This document shows, piece by piece, positions 28,901-40,487 of a DNA stretch of 64,000 nt. Within the stretch, counting starts at the first letter, position 1. Each line of letters starts with the position of its first letter. A model generated the notes under the pieces. That model was not told where the DNA came from. It searched no databases and saw only the letters and a program-made list of their open reading frames with translations. The DNA lies in contig NZ_JAURXB010000296.1 in the NCBI RefSeq assembly GCF_030654605.1, positions 7,220 through 71,219 of the forward strand. The letters run 5' to 3'. The stretch is from Bradyrhizobium sp. (GTDB taxonomy: Bacteria; Pseudomonadota; Alphaproteobacteria; Rhizobiales; Xanthobacteraceae). The position numbers and the translations under genes were made by a program.

Positions 28901-29983
28901 TCACACCAGATATTTGGTTACGGCTGCTTCGTCCCAAATCAGACCAAGTCCGGGGCCTCGCGCCGTCACCGCGCCATCGACGATCTTGATGGGTTCGGCC
29001 AGAACGGCGCGGGCGAGGTCCAGAACCTCGAGCCAATGCGCCGTCGGCGTCACCGCCAGCATGTGGGAACTGGCTTCGGCAAACAGGTGGCTGGACATCG
29101 GGATCGAGGCGGCTTCGGCCTGGCCGGCGATGCGGAGCCAGCCGGTGACGCCGCCGCACTTCATCAGATCGGGCATGATGAAATCGGAAGCCCCGGCCGC
29201 GATCGCTTCGGCAAAGCCGCGGGGAAACCACCAGTTCTCGCCGGCCTGAATCGGGGTCGGGGACATTTCGCGGACTTTGGCGTGGCCGAGCAGGTTTTCC
29301 TGCGCCACCGGTTCCTCGATCCAGTGCAGATCGTAGGGCGCCAGCCGTTCGATACGGTGGGTCGCTTCAGCGGGATCGAGCGATTGGTTGAAGTCGATCA
29401 TGAGCGCGATATCAGGACCGATGAGGTCGCGAACCCCTTTTACCACCCGCTCGTCATTGGCGGCGTCGCCGTCGCCGCCCTTGATCTTGATGCCCTTAAA
29501 GCCCTGGTCGAGCGAGCGCTTGAGGTCCGCAGCGTCGGCCTTGGGATCGACTGCGCCGTAACTGTCATAGGCCCGGATCGGCCGCGGCGAGCCGCCGAGC
29601 AGGGTGACCAGCGGCTGGCCCGCCGCCTGGCCCAGCGCGTCCCAGAACGCCATGTCGAGGCCTGAAACCGCCATGCCGACCAGGCCCTGCCATCCCAGCA
29701 ACCGGAATTTGGCGTCCATCGCCGCCATCAAATCGACCGGCGCGATCGGCTTGCCGGTGAGGTCGCGGCCGATCTCCTCGATCAGCAGCACCAGCGGCTT
29801 CAGCGTCAGCCTTGCGTAGGCGAAGATGTAGGAGTGCCCGGTAACGCCCTGATCGGTCTCGACATCGATCAGCACCAAGGGCGCCGCCTCGATGACGCCG
29901 AAGGCGTTTTTGACCGGTCGGGAGATCGGCGCCACGACGGCGCGGGCTTTGACGCTGCGAATGGCGAGAGTGGATGTGCTCAT
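28901..29983 (-). CDS. mandelate racemase / muconate lactonizing enzyme family protein (enolase superfamily)
   Basis: ATG 29983 (GAGGAA RBS) gives MSTSTLAIRSVKARAVV.... Metal ligand regions MIDFNQS, WIEEP, AGEN. Specific substrate not assignable. Confidence 0.85.
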   Translation of the reverse strand: MSTSTLAIRSVKARAVVAPISRPVKNAFGVIEAAPLVLIDVETDQGVTGHSYIFAYARLTLKPLVLLIEEIGRDLTGKPIAPVDLMAAMDAKFRLLGWQGLVGMAVSGLDMAFWDALGQAAGQPLVTLLGGSPRPIRAYDSYGAVDPKADAADLKRSLDQGFKGIKIKGGDGDAANDERVVKGVRDLIGPDIALMIDFNQSLDPAEATHRIERLAPYDLHWIEEPVAQENLLGHAKVREMSPTPIQAGENWWFPRGFAEAIAAGASDFIMPDLMKCGGVTGWLRIAGQAEAASIPMSSHLFAEASSHMLAVTPTAHWLEVLDLARAVLAEPIKIVDGAVTARGPGLGLIWDEAAVTKYLV

Positions 29984-29993
29984 GCTGGTTTCC

Positions 29994-31301
29994 TCATTCG
30001 ACACTGTACCACCTGACGAGGCGGGGCGCCGCCCAGTCGGTTTCAATCGCTTCGATCAGCCAGCTGCCGGCAAATTCGGCGGCAAACGCGATCCGTTGGG
30101 TCTGCCCGGGTTCGATCGCCAGCGTATCCAGCCAGAACGGCTTCCAGCCGTCGTCGAGCCGGTCGAGCAGGCGGAAATGGTGGCCATGGAGATGGAACAC
30201 GGTCGCGATGGCGGCGCGGTTGGTCAGCGCCAGCACGACAACGCGGCCGGCCTTGGCGCGGAACGCGGGGGCGGCGGTATTCACAAAACTCGCCGGGGTC
30301 ACCCAATCGGCCGGCGGTCCGCCGAGCGTCAGGTCGACTCGGAGCGCGCTCTTGAGGTCGAGTTGCGCCGGCAAGCCGTTGGAAGGCAGCGCCGGTGCGG
30401 GCATCCGCGGGGCGCGCCGTTCCACGTAGCCTGAGATCGCCAGGGTTCCGATCGGATGGGCTTGCTTGCCGTCATGGAGCACGATCGACGAAGTCGTGTT
30501 TGTCTCGACAAACGCGTCGACGCGCCCCCCGGGAGCCAGCACCAGGGCGCCGTTGCGCGCGAGGAACGGTTCGGAGGGCTGACCGTCGATGGCCATGACG
30601 CGGAGGTCGTGGTTTTCCAGTTTCACTGCCAGAACAGTGCGTTGCGTGCCGTTGATAAAGCGGAGGCGCAGGCGCTCATTGCCGAAGGCTGAGAGCTCGA
30701 ATGAAGTGCGGCCGTTGAGGGTGTAAATCGGCGCGGTACCTTCCGGATCCAGCCCCGGTGCGATCGCGGTCCCGTCCGCGCGCAGCCGCCAGTCCTCGAT
30801 CAGCAGCACCTCGTCGCGATCGACCGCCACCGGCTCGCTCTCGCTTACGATCAGCGCCCGTGCCGGGGACGGGCGGGCCCGGCCATCGCCAAGCAGGCGG
30901 AGGTCGCACAGGAAGGTGCCGGCGTGACGGAAGGGAATCACCAGGGTTTCCCTGGCTCCCGACGGCAGTGGCGACCGCGCCGCCAGCGGTGCAGCGGCCG
31001 GAACCCCGTCGATCCCGCGCCAGCTGGCGACGGCCGGGACCGGAAGTCCGTTTCCGAGCGTGACTTCCAGCGTCTCGCCGCGCTTGAACCTGAAGGCGGG
31101 GCCGGATGCCGGTCCCTCGAGCGTCCAGATCGGCGTCTCCGGCGCTCCCGCGCGCAGTGCGATGACGCCTTCCTTGGCCCGCAGTGCCAGCGATGGCCGC
31201 GCCTGGGCCACCGCGATCGAAGGCAAGGCCGGGGCGAGGGCGGTTGCGCCTAGACCGGCAAGGAACTCGCGTCGGTAGAGCCGGAGATTGCGATCTGCCA
31301 T
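29994..31301 (-). CDS. Tat-exported multicopper-oxidase-family (cupredoxin) protein
   Basis: 435 aa. Twin-arginine signal LYRREFLAGLGATALAPALPSIAVAQA. C-terminal copper motif FHLHGHHF. Lies 10 nt upstream of the enolase-superfamily gene, so probably one operon. Confidence 0.75.
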   Translation of the reverse strand: MADRNLRLYRREFLAGLGATALAPALPSIAVAQARPSLALRAKEGVIALRAGAPETPIWTLEGPASGPAFRFKRGETLEVTLGNGLPVPAVASWRGIDGVPAAAPLAARSPLPSGARETLVIPFRHAGTFLCDLRLLGDGRARPSPARALIVSESEPVAVDRDEVLLIEDWRLRADGTAIAPGLDPEGTAPIYTLNGRTSFELSAFGNERLRLRFINGTQRTVLAVKLENHDLRVMAIDGQPSEPFLARNGALVLAPGGRVDAFVETNTTSSIVLHDGKQAHPIGTLAISGYVERRAPRMPAPALPSNGLPAQLDLKSALRVDLTLGGPPADWVTPASFVNTAAPAFRAKAGRVVVLALTNRAAIATVFHLHGHHFRLLDRLDDGWKPFWLDTLAIEPGQTQRIAFAAEFAGSWLIEAIETDWAAPRLVRWYSVE

Positions 31302-31420
31302 CGCCGATCCCGACCATTTTTGGCTTGAGAAGTCCAGTCGCCGCAGCTACGTCCTGAAGGCTCGAAAACGGCCATTTTTTTGCTGCGAACCGGTGCGCCC
31401 ATGTTATAAGCCCGCCGCAC

Positions 31421-31470
31421 CAATCGCGTTTATGACCTGGAGGCCGCCATCCAGGTCATAAACGCGATTG
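31421..31470. repeat. perfect 20-bp inverted repeat with 10-nt spacer
   Basis: caatcgcgtttatgacctgg (31421-31440) / aggccgccat / ccaggtcataaacgcgattg (31451-31470), exact reverse complements. Confidence 0.9.
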
Positions 31471-31484
31471 ATTCCATTAACTTG

Positions 31485-31537
31485 GAGCATGATCGGCCGC
31501 CCGAAAAACCGCTTCGCACTTTTCGGCGATCATGCTC
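31485..31537. repeat. nested palindromic REP/MITE-like element
   Basis: gagcatgatcg ... cgatcatgctc outer arms (11 bp, perfect) enclosing ccgaaaa ... ttttcgg inner arms. Confidence 0.8.
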
Positions 31538-31566
31538 GCGCATCGCGGCCGAACGAGATGCTAACA

Positions 31567-31651
31567 GCGGGCGTGGCGGAACTGGTAGACGCGCTGGATT
31601 TAGGTTCCAGTGACGAAAGTTGTGGGGGTTCGAGTCCCTCCGCCCGCACCA
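31567..31651 (+). tRNA. tRNA-Leu (anticodon UAG)
   Basis: 85 nt. Acceptor gcgggcg/cgcccgc plus A-CCA. Anticodon stem ctgga/tccag with loop ttTAGgt. Long variable arm. T-loop gttcgagtc. Confidence 0.93.
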
Positions 31652-31822
31652 AGCGCTGACTGCGTTTGCAAAGGATTGCTGGAGGACCTGTCTCCAAAGG
31701 GGTGTAACCCCTGACGAAATGGGGCCGCCGAACCACCGGCGCAGGTTTCAAAACCTCGCGCCGACCAGATTGACAATGTCCGTGCCGCGAAGGCCGGACC
31801 AAGCGGGAAGAAGATGGACGCC

Positions 31823-33199
31823 ATGCAGGTCACAGAAACCCTCGTCGAGGGCTTGAAGCACGAATTCCAGATCAGCGTTCCCGCATCGGATCTCGATGCC
31901 AAGGCGGACGTCAAGCTGGTTGAGCTCAAGGACAAGGTCAAACTCAACGGTTTTCGCCCGGGCAAGGTGCCGGTGAGCCACCTCAAGAAGGTCTATGGCC
32001 GCTCGGTGATGGCCGAGACCATCGACCAGACAATCCGCGACACCAATACGCAGATCTTTACCGAGCGCGGCTTTCGCCTCGCCACCGAACCCAAGATCTC
32101 GATGCCGACGGAGGCCAAGGAGGTCGAGGACATCCTGTCGGGCAAGTCCGATCTCACCTACACCGTCTCGATCGAGGTGGTGCCCGCGATCGCGCTCGCC
32201 GATTTCAAGAGCTTTACCGTCGAGAAGCCGGTCGTTGAAGTGACCGACGCCGATGTCGACGAGGCCATCAAGCGCATCGCCGACCAGAACAGACCCTACG
32301 CCGCCAAGCCTGAAGACGCGAAGCCCGAGGGCGCCAAGGCCGAGACCGGCGATCGGGTCACGATTTCCTTCAAGGGCTCAATCGACGGCGTGCCGTTCGA
32401 GGGCGGCACGGGCGAGGGCATCCAGGTCGTGATCGGCGCCGGGCAGTTCATTCCCGGCTTCGAGGAGCAGCTGATCGGCATCGCGGCCAATGAGACCCGC
32501 ACCCTGAAGGTCTCCTTCCCGAAGAACTACGCCAGCGAGAAGCTCGCCGGCCAGGCGGCCGAGTTCGAGACCACCGCGACCGCGATCGAATCGCCGCAGG
32601 ACAGCGTCGTCGACGACGAGTTCGCCAAGACGCTCGGCCTCGAATCGCTCGACAAGCTGAAGGAAGCCGCGCGCGAGCGGCTGGTGGCCGAATTCGCCGG
32701 CGCCACCCGCCAGAAGGTCAAGCGCATGCTGCTGGACCGGCTCGACGAAGCCCACCGCTTCGAGGCGCCGCCGTCGCTGGTCGAGGAAGAGTTCAACCTG
32801 ATGTGGAACTCGATCAAGGCCGAGATGGAGTCCGGCGGCAAGACCTTCGCCGATGAAGGCACCACCGAAGAGGCCGCCAAGGAAGAATACCAGAAGATCG
32901 CCGACCGAAGGGTCCGGCTCGGCCTGGTGCTGTCCGAGATCGGCGAGAAGAACAAGATCACGGTCACCGACGACGAAGTCAGCCGCGCGGTGATCGAGCG
33001 CGCGCGCCAGATGCCCGGCCGCGAGAAGGAAGTCTGGGACTACTATCGCAGCAATGCCAATGCGCTGGCCCAGCTTCGTGCACCGATCTACGAGGACAAG
33101 GTGGTCGATTTCATCCTCGAATTGGCCAACGTGACCGAAAAGAAGGTCACCCGCGAGGACCTCTACAAGGACGACGACGCGGAGAAGAGCGCGGCCTGA
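31823..33199 (+). CDS. tig: trigger factor (ribosome-associated PPIase chaperone)
   Basis: ATG 31823 gives [24 protein letters not shown].... FKBP-type region GFRPGKVP...[10 protein letters not shown]. The ORF track start at 31814 is also possible. Confidence 0.95.
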   Translation: MQVTETLVEGLKHEFQISVPASDLDAKADVKLVELKDKVKLNGFRPGKVPVSHLKKVYGRSVMAETIDQTIRDTNTQIFTERGFRLATEPKISMPTEAKEVEDILSGKSDLTYTVSIEVVPAIALADFKSFTVEKPVVEVTDADVDEAIKRIADQNRPYAAKPEDAKPEGAKAETGDRVTISFKGSIDGVPFEGGTGEGIQVVIGAGQFIPGFEEQLIGIAANETRTLKVSFPKNYASEKLAGQAAEFETTATAIESPQDSVVDDEFAKTLGLESLDKLKEAARERLVAEFAGATRQKVKRMLLDRLDEAHRFEAPPSLVEEEFNLMWNSIKAEMESGGKTFADEGTTEEAAKEEYQKIADRRVRLGLVLSEIGEKNKITVTDDEVSRAVIERARQMPGREKEVWDYYRSNANALAQLRAPIYEDKVVDFILELANVTEKKVTREDLYKDDDAEKSAA

Positions 33200-33472
33200 C
33201 CTGACCGATCCGTCAGGCCTGCGTTAAGGTTGAGGAGCGAAACCGGCATGGCGACGGCATCCGTCGCTATGCCCGGTCGCGCGAATCAGCTTCAACTGCA
33301 CCGAATTCCGCACGCTGTTGCCCCGGTCTTGTCACCGGGGAATTGGCCCATATCTGAACCCTGTCCTTGAAGTCCTGCATCACGGGACGTTCGTCCACGC
33401 CCGGCAAATTCAACTTCCCGCCATGCCGATGGATGTCCGCCTCCAACTGTCTACTTAACCCTTGGGTGACTA

Positions 33473-34105
33473 ATGCGCGATCCGGTCGAAACCTACATGC
33501 AACTCGTGCCGATGGTGGTCGAACAGACCAACCGCGGCGAACGCGCCTACGACATCTTTTCGCGCCTCCTGAAAGAACGCATCATCTTCCTGACCGGACC
33601 GGTCGAGGACGGCATGTCGACGCTGGTGGTCGCGCAGCTGCTGTTCCTCGAGGCCGAGAATCCGAAGAAGGAAATCTCGATGTACATCAACTCGCCCGGC
33701 GGGGTGGTGACCTCGGGTCTTGCGATCTACGACACCATGCAGTTCATCCGTCCGCCGGTGTCGACGCTCTGCACCGGGCAGGCGGCGTCGATGGGCTCGC
33801 TGCTGTTGGCTGCCGGCCACAAGGATATGCGCTTTTCGCTGCCGAATTCGCGCATCATGGTGCACCAGCCCTCCGGCGGATTCCAGGGCCAGGCCACCGA
33901 CATCATGCTGCACGCCCAGGAAATCCTGAACCTGAAGAAGCGGCTCAACGAAATCTACGTCAAGCACACCGGCCAGACCTTCAAGGCGATCGAGGATGCG
34001 CTGGAACGCGACAAGTTCCTCACCGCGGAGATGGCCCGCGACTTCGGCATTGTCGACAAGGTCATCGACAAGCGCCAGGAAGAGCCGGCGGCCAAAGCAC
34101 CTTAG
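33473..34105 (+). CDS. clpP: ATP-dependent Clp protease proteolytic subunit
   Basis: 210 aa. [29 protein letters not shown]..., catalytic [11 protein letters not shown] and MVHQPSGG. Confidence 0.97.
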   Translation: MRDPVETYMQLVPMVVEQTNRGERAYDIFSRLLKERIIFLTGPVEDGMSTLVVAQLLFLEAENPKKEISMYINSPGGVVTSGLAIYDTMQFIRPPVSTLCTGQAASMGSLLLAAGHKDMRFSLPNSRIMVHQPSGGFQGQATDIMLHAQEILNLKKRLNEIYVKHTGQTFKAIEDALERDKFLTAEMARDFGIVDKVIDKRQEEPAAKAP

Positions 34106-34545
34106 AAGACCCGTAATATTGCCGGGTGCCGCGCGTTGCCTCGACCTGAATTCCCGTCGCCAGTGGTCCATTCCGGCCGCCGGTGGGACAACTATGCCCC
34201 CCAATGGGCAGGAAGTTCCGCTTTCGTGCTGGTTTGGCGGCGTGGCAATCGCGCAACGCCCTGATGATTTCGGCAGGTTCGCCTCGCGTGAAAGCCGCAA
34301 ATCACGGTATTGTCACGGGTAGCGGGTGGCCCGACAATTAGCGAATTCTTGATAGTCGGGTGCGACCATGGTTGGCTAGCTGGGTTAGGTTATGCTTGCT
34401 GGGGATTCGAAATAGCCGCGATTCGTGCGGTATCTGAAGCTAGGGTCTTTTTTGGTACGGATTTTGCTCTATCTAGAACTTGTGCCGGTATGTGCCGGAA
34501 TAGGGCGATCGAGCGGACGAGATCGAACGGCGGACGGAGATAAGA

Positions 34546-35820
34546 ATGAGTAAGGTCGGCACGAGCGACTCCAAGAACACGCTGTATTGCTCGTTCTGTG
34601 GCAAGAGCCAGCATGAAGTCCGCAAACTGATCGCGGGTCCCACCGTATTCATCTGCGACGAATGCGTTGAGCTGTGCATGGACATCATCCGGGAGGAGAA
34701 CAAATCCTCGCTGGTGAAGTCGCGCGACGGCATCCCGACCCCGAAGGAAATCTGCAAGGTCCTCGACGATTACGTGATCGGCCAGAGCCATGCCAAGAAG
34801 GTGCTCTCGGTCGCCGTCCACAACCACTACAAGCGGCTCAACCACCAGACCAAGCACAACGACGTCGAACTCGCGAAGTCGAACATCCTGCTGATCGGTC
34901 CGACCGGCTCGGGCAAGACGCTGCTGGCGCAGACGTTGGCGCGGATCCTCGACGTGCCGTTCACCATGGCGGATGCGACCACGCTGACCGAAGCCGGCTA
35001 TGTCGGCGAGGACGTCGAAAACATCATCCTGAAGCTGCTGCAGTCGGCCGACTATAATGTCGAGCGCGCGCAGCGCGGCATCGTCTATATCGACGAAATC
35101 GACAAGATCAGCCGGAAGTCCGACAACCCCTCGATCACCCGTGACGTCTCGGGCGAGGGCGTGCAGCAGGCGCTTCTGAAGATCATGGAAGGCACGGTTG
35201 CCTCCGTGCCGCCGCAGGGCGGCCGCAAGCATCCGCAGCAGGAGTTCCTGCAGGTCGACACCACCAACATCCTGTTCATCTGCGGCGGCGCCTTCTCCGG
35301 CCTGGAGAAGATCATCTCCGCGCGCGGACGCTCGACCTCGATCGGCTTCGCGGCCCAGGTGCTGGCGCCGGAAGACCGCCGCACCGGCGAAATCTTCCGT
35401 CATGTCGAGCCCGAGGATCTCCTGAAGTACGGCCTGATCCCGGAATTCGTCGGCCGTCTGCCGGTGGTCGCCACGCTGGAGGATCTCGACGAAGCTTCGC
35501 TGAAGAAGATCCTGACCGATCCGAAGAACGCGCTGGTGAAGCAGTACCAGCGGCTGTTCGAAATGGAGAACATCGAGCTCACCTTCGCCGACGAGGCGCT
35601 TGGCGCGGTCGCGCGCAAGGCGATCGAGCGCAAGACCGGCGCGCGCGGACTGCGCTCGATTCTCGAAAGTATCCTGCTGGAGACCATGTTCGATCTCCCG
35701 GGCCTGGAAGGCGTCGAAGAGGTCGTGATCTCGCGCGAAGTCGTCGAGGGAACCGCTCGTCCGCTTTACATCTATGCCGATCGTTCCGATCGCGCCGTCG
35801 AGAGCAGCGCCAGCGCCTGA
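34546..35820 (+). CDS. clpX: ATP-dependent Clp protease ATP-binding subunit ClpX
   Basis: 424 aa. Zinc-finger [26 protein letters not shown], Walker A GPTGSGKT, Walker [10 protein letters not shown]. Confidence 0.97.
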   Translation: MSKVGTSDSKNTLYCSFCGKSQHEVRKLIAGPTVFICDECVELCMDIIREENKSSLVKSRDGIPTPKEICKVLDDYVIGQSHAKKVLSVAVHNHYKRLNHQTKHNDVELAKSNILLIGPTGSGKTLLAQTLARILDVPFTMADATTLTEAGYVGEDVENIILKLLQSADYNVERAQRGIVYIDEIDKISRKSDNPSITRDVSGEGVQQALLKIMEGTVASVPPQGGRKHPQQEFLQVDTTNILFICGGAFSGLEKIISARGRSTSIGFAAQVLAPEDRRTGEIFRHVEPEDLLKYGLIPEFVGRLPVVATLEDLDEASLKKILTDPKNALVKQYQRLFEMENIELTFADEALGAVARKAIERKTGARGLRSILESILLETMFDLPGLEGVEEVVISREVVEGTARPLYIYADRSDRAVESSASA

Positions 35821-35939
35821 GTGCGCGTCCGCTTGCTGTCGGATTAAGTTTTCGTAAGCGTCGGCCGCCGGTTTCGGCGGCCGCTGGTGCGTAGGCCTTT
35901 ATCCGCGTTAGCCCCTGTTGGCGGGCTCTTTCCTGCGAC

Positions 35940-35977
35940 TTGACACCCTCATGGCCGATAGCCACCTAATGCTATCG
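35940..35977 (+). promoter_or_regulatory. candidate promoter -35 (TTGACA) overlapping an 8-bp perfect hairpin upstream of lon
   Basis: TTGACA at 35940-35945. ccgatagc-cacctaat-gctatcgg at 35954-35977. About 150 nt upstream of the lon ATG. I could not fit the spacing to sigma32 or sigma70 -10 consensus cleanly. Confidence 0.2.
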
Positions 35978-36127
35978 GCGATGAAAACCTGACCGTAAGA
36001 TTCGCCGCTCACGATCCGGAAGACGAGGCCGCGACGCGGTCATTCGAGCCGGGACTTACAGGCACCTTGTGGCGGTTGCGCAAGCTCGCGGACTGCGTGC
36101 AAGGGGGCACAACAAAAGGAACAGGCC

Positions 36128-38554
<2,427 letters not shown>

Positions 38555-38574
38555 GATTTTCGGAACAAGACTTG

Positions 38575-38606
38575 AGCGGCGCCCTTCGGGGCGCCGCTTT
38601 TGTTTG
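38575..38606 (+). terminator. rho-independent terminator of lon
   Basis: agcggcgccc-ttcg-gggcgccgct followed by tttgtttg. Confidence 0.85.
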
Positions 38607-38755
38607 GGGCGGAGGGATGTGTGGCCGGTCTGGCAACACGCTCGAACGTCAATTTTGCCAGAATCAACCATTGCGCGAGTGACGGCGGCGCATAGAATGG
38701 CATTGCATTACAGCGATAGGGATTGGTTTCGAAAATTGAACAAGCGAGATTTTCA

Positions 38756-39736
38756 ATGGCAGATTTTGGAGAATGGCTGAAAGGCCGGAAGGACATCGAT
38801 AGCGGACTGAAAATACTGCAGAAGATCGCGACGGAAAAGGCCGACAAATGGCAAGCGGCTTCGCTTGAAGGCTATGCCGCCATCGCGGTAGCGGAGGCTG
38901 ACGAGGCATCGCGCGACCTCGCCATGCGCAGCCTCGGGCAATATCACGAGCGCTGGCTGCTACAAGGCAGATCCACGGGAATGAGTTCCGGCTTGAAAGC
39001 GCTCGTATTCGGAGCCCTGCTTCTCGCCGGAGTTCTTTTCTACGGCGTATTCTGGAGTTCGACGTTCCTTGCGTCACTGGGTGAGATCGACCAGGCGCGA
39101 GGACTCATTACCTTCCTGTTCGCCTTTGGCACCATCGGCATCGCGATCATCACGTCGGTGTCCGTAATTTGGATGGACGTCTCCGAGATTGACGCGCGCA
39201 TCACCAAGGCCAAAGACCTGCTGGCGATTTTGATGGGTGTGCTGGGAACGATCGTCGGATTTTATTTTGGCTCGGCAGGCGGGACGCCCACCAAGGTTGC
39301 AGTCGCCGAGGTGACTCTGCAACCGGCGTCCACGACGCCCGGCAGCCCCGTAACAGTGTCCGCGCGCGTAACCGGCGGCGCAGGGCCATATCGCTATGAT
39401 ATCATCGGCACCGATCCGACCAACAAGGTGGCGCCAGCAAACATCAGCGTTTTGGACAAGGTTTCGGCCACGGGGGAATTATCGGCGCAACTACCCGTCC
39501 CCAAGGAGGTAGAGGGCAATCTCGATGTGAAGGTCTCGGTCGTGGACAGCAAGGGCGTACAGGGTGTCTCCAAATCAGTGACCTTGAAGGTCGCCGCACC
39601 GCCCCCGCCTGCCGGTGCCAAGGCTCCCGATGCGGTCAAGCCGCCCGCGGCAGCGGCTACTAAACAGCCGGAAGCCGTCAAACCTCAGGACACGGCGGCG
39701 CCACCAGCCCAACCTGCCGCTGGCGCGGCCAAATAA
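38756..39736 (+). CDS. orphan membrane protein: helical N-domain, 3 TM helices, Ig-like extracytoplasmic domain, Pro/Ala-rich tail
   Basis: ORF 38723..39736; the ATG at 38756 gives MADFGEWLKG. TMs LKALVFGALLLAGVLFYGVFW, LITFLFAFGTIGIAIITSVSVIW and LLAILMGVLGTIVGFYFG. Beta-rich segment with GGAGPYRYD. Tail AAPPPPAGAKAPDAVKPPAAAATKQPEAVKPQD. Visibly lower G+C. Confidence 0.65.
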   Translation: MADFGEWLKGRKDIDSGLKILQKIATEKADKWQAASLEGYAAIAVAEADEASRDLAMRSLGQYHERWLLQGRSTGMSSGLKALVFGALLLAGVLFYGVFWSSTFLASLGEIDQARGLITFLFAFGTIGIAIITSVSVIWMDVSEIDARITKAKDLLAILMGVLGTIVGFYFGSAGGTPTKVAVAEVTLQPASTTPGSPVTVSARVTGGAGPYRYDIIGTDPTNKVAPANISVLDKVSATGELSAQLPVPKEVEGNLDVKVSVVDSKGVQGVSKSVTLKVAAPPPPAGAKAPDAVKPPAAAATKQPEAVKPQDTAAPPAQPAAGAAK

Positions 39737-39970
39737 TCAGCGCCGGGGTTTCGAGCCCGATGTCGAGAAAGCAGTCGAGCCATTCGGGGCGGCTGCCTTG
39801 AAGGGCGGTTGCGGCCCAGGCGCCGGGACTCGGGAAACGCTTCATGGTCGCGGTATTTTTCTCGGCCGTTCGGCCAGGCGGACAGCGCTGACCATCGTCA
39901 TATTTCAGTCGATTTCCCGGTGCCCGCATCGCTTGCGCTCACCGGTCCCGGGGCGGTAAACAGGCGTCGA

Positions 39971-40047
39971 GGGCGGCTAGCTCAGCTGGTTAGAGCATCT
40001 CGTTTACACCGAGAGGGTCGGCGGTTCGAATCCGTCGCCGCCTACCA
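39971..40047 (+). tRNA. tRNA-Val (anticodon UAC)
   Basis: 77 nt. Acceptor gggcggc/gccgcct (G1-U72) plus A-CCA. D-loop agctcagctggttagagc. Anticodon stem tctcg/cgaga with loop ttTACac. T-loop ggttcgaatcc. Confidence 0.93.
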
Positions 40048-40160
40048 GCCTTCGCTCGATTGGCGAGCTTCGGCTGGGCAAGCCAGGGATCGCGAAGCGA
40101 AGACTGTCGCGCCGAAGTTGCGAAGCAACCAGGCGGAGCGTTCATACCGGAGGTCCGCGC

Positions 40161-40484
40161 ATGAGAATTTTCCTCGCCGCCATTGTCATCGCGTCACTGG
40201 CCGGGCCCGCTTTTGCCCAGAGCGCAGCCATCCCCAAATACGGGGAACTCGAGGGCAAGAAACCGCACGAGATCGCGGCGGAAAAGGAAGCCGAACGAAA
40301 CTATCAGAAGTCGCTGGGCCGCATTCCCGAACAGAAGGGTTCTTCAGACCCCTGGGGCTCCGTCCGCAGCGACAGCGCGCCCAAGACCGATACGTCAAAG
40401 ACGGCTCCGTCCAGGACGGTTGCGAAGGATCCGGCGGCGAAGCGGGCCAAAGCTGATGCCAAGGTCGATGGCGCGGCGAGATAG
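40161..40484 (+). CDS. small secreted hypothetical protein (Lys/Ala-rich)
   Basis: 107 aa. Signal peptide MRIFLAAIVIASLAGPAFAQ. Low-complexity charged remainder. Confidence 0.6.
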   Translation: MRIFLAAIVIASLAGPAFAQSAAIPKYGELEGKKPHEIAAEKEAERNYQKSLGRIPEQKGSSDPWGSVRSDSAPKTDTSKTAPSRTVAKDPAAKRAKADAKVDGAAR

Positions 40485-40487
40485 CGC

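Noticed and set aside
34399-34420. GGGGATTCGAAAT string resembling a tRNA T-loop in the clpP-clpX spacer.
   Set aside because: The flanking bases do not form a T-stem (gggga versus tagcc), and no acceptor or anticodon arms can be drawn.
34310-34543. 77-aa plus-strand ORF ending 2 nt before clpX. Also a 108-aa ORF at 33996-34322 and a 64-aa ORF at 34062-34256 in the clpP-clpX spacer.
   Set aside because: They have non-ATG starts, no RBS, Cys/Trp/Arg-rich improbable sequences and mixed codon style. One overlaps the clpP 3' end out of frame.
39678-39929. 83-aa minus-strand ORF overlapping the 3' end of the orphan membrane-protein gene.
   Set aside because: As an intact gene it is implausible because it overlaps the 38756-39736 CDS and has no RBS. 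I kept only the idea that its first ~35 codons (from ATG 39845) could be a gene remnant, mentioned under the islet finding. I cannot support that without BLASTX.
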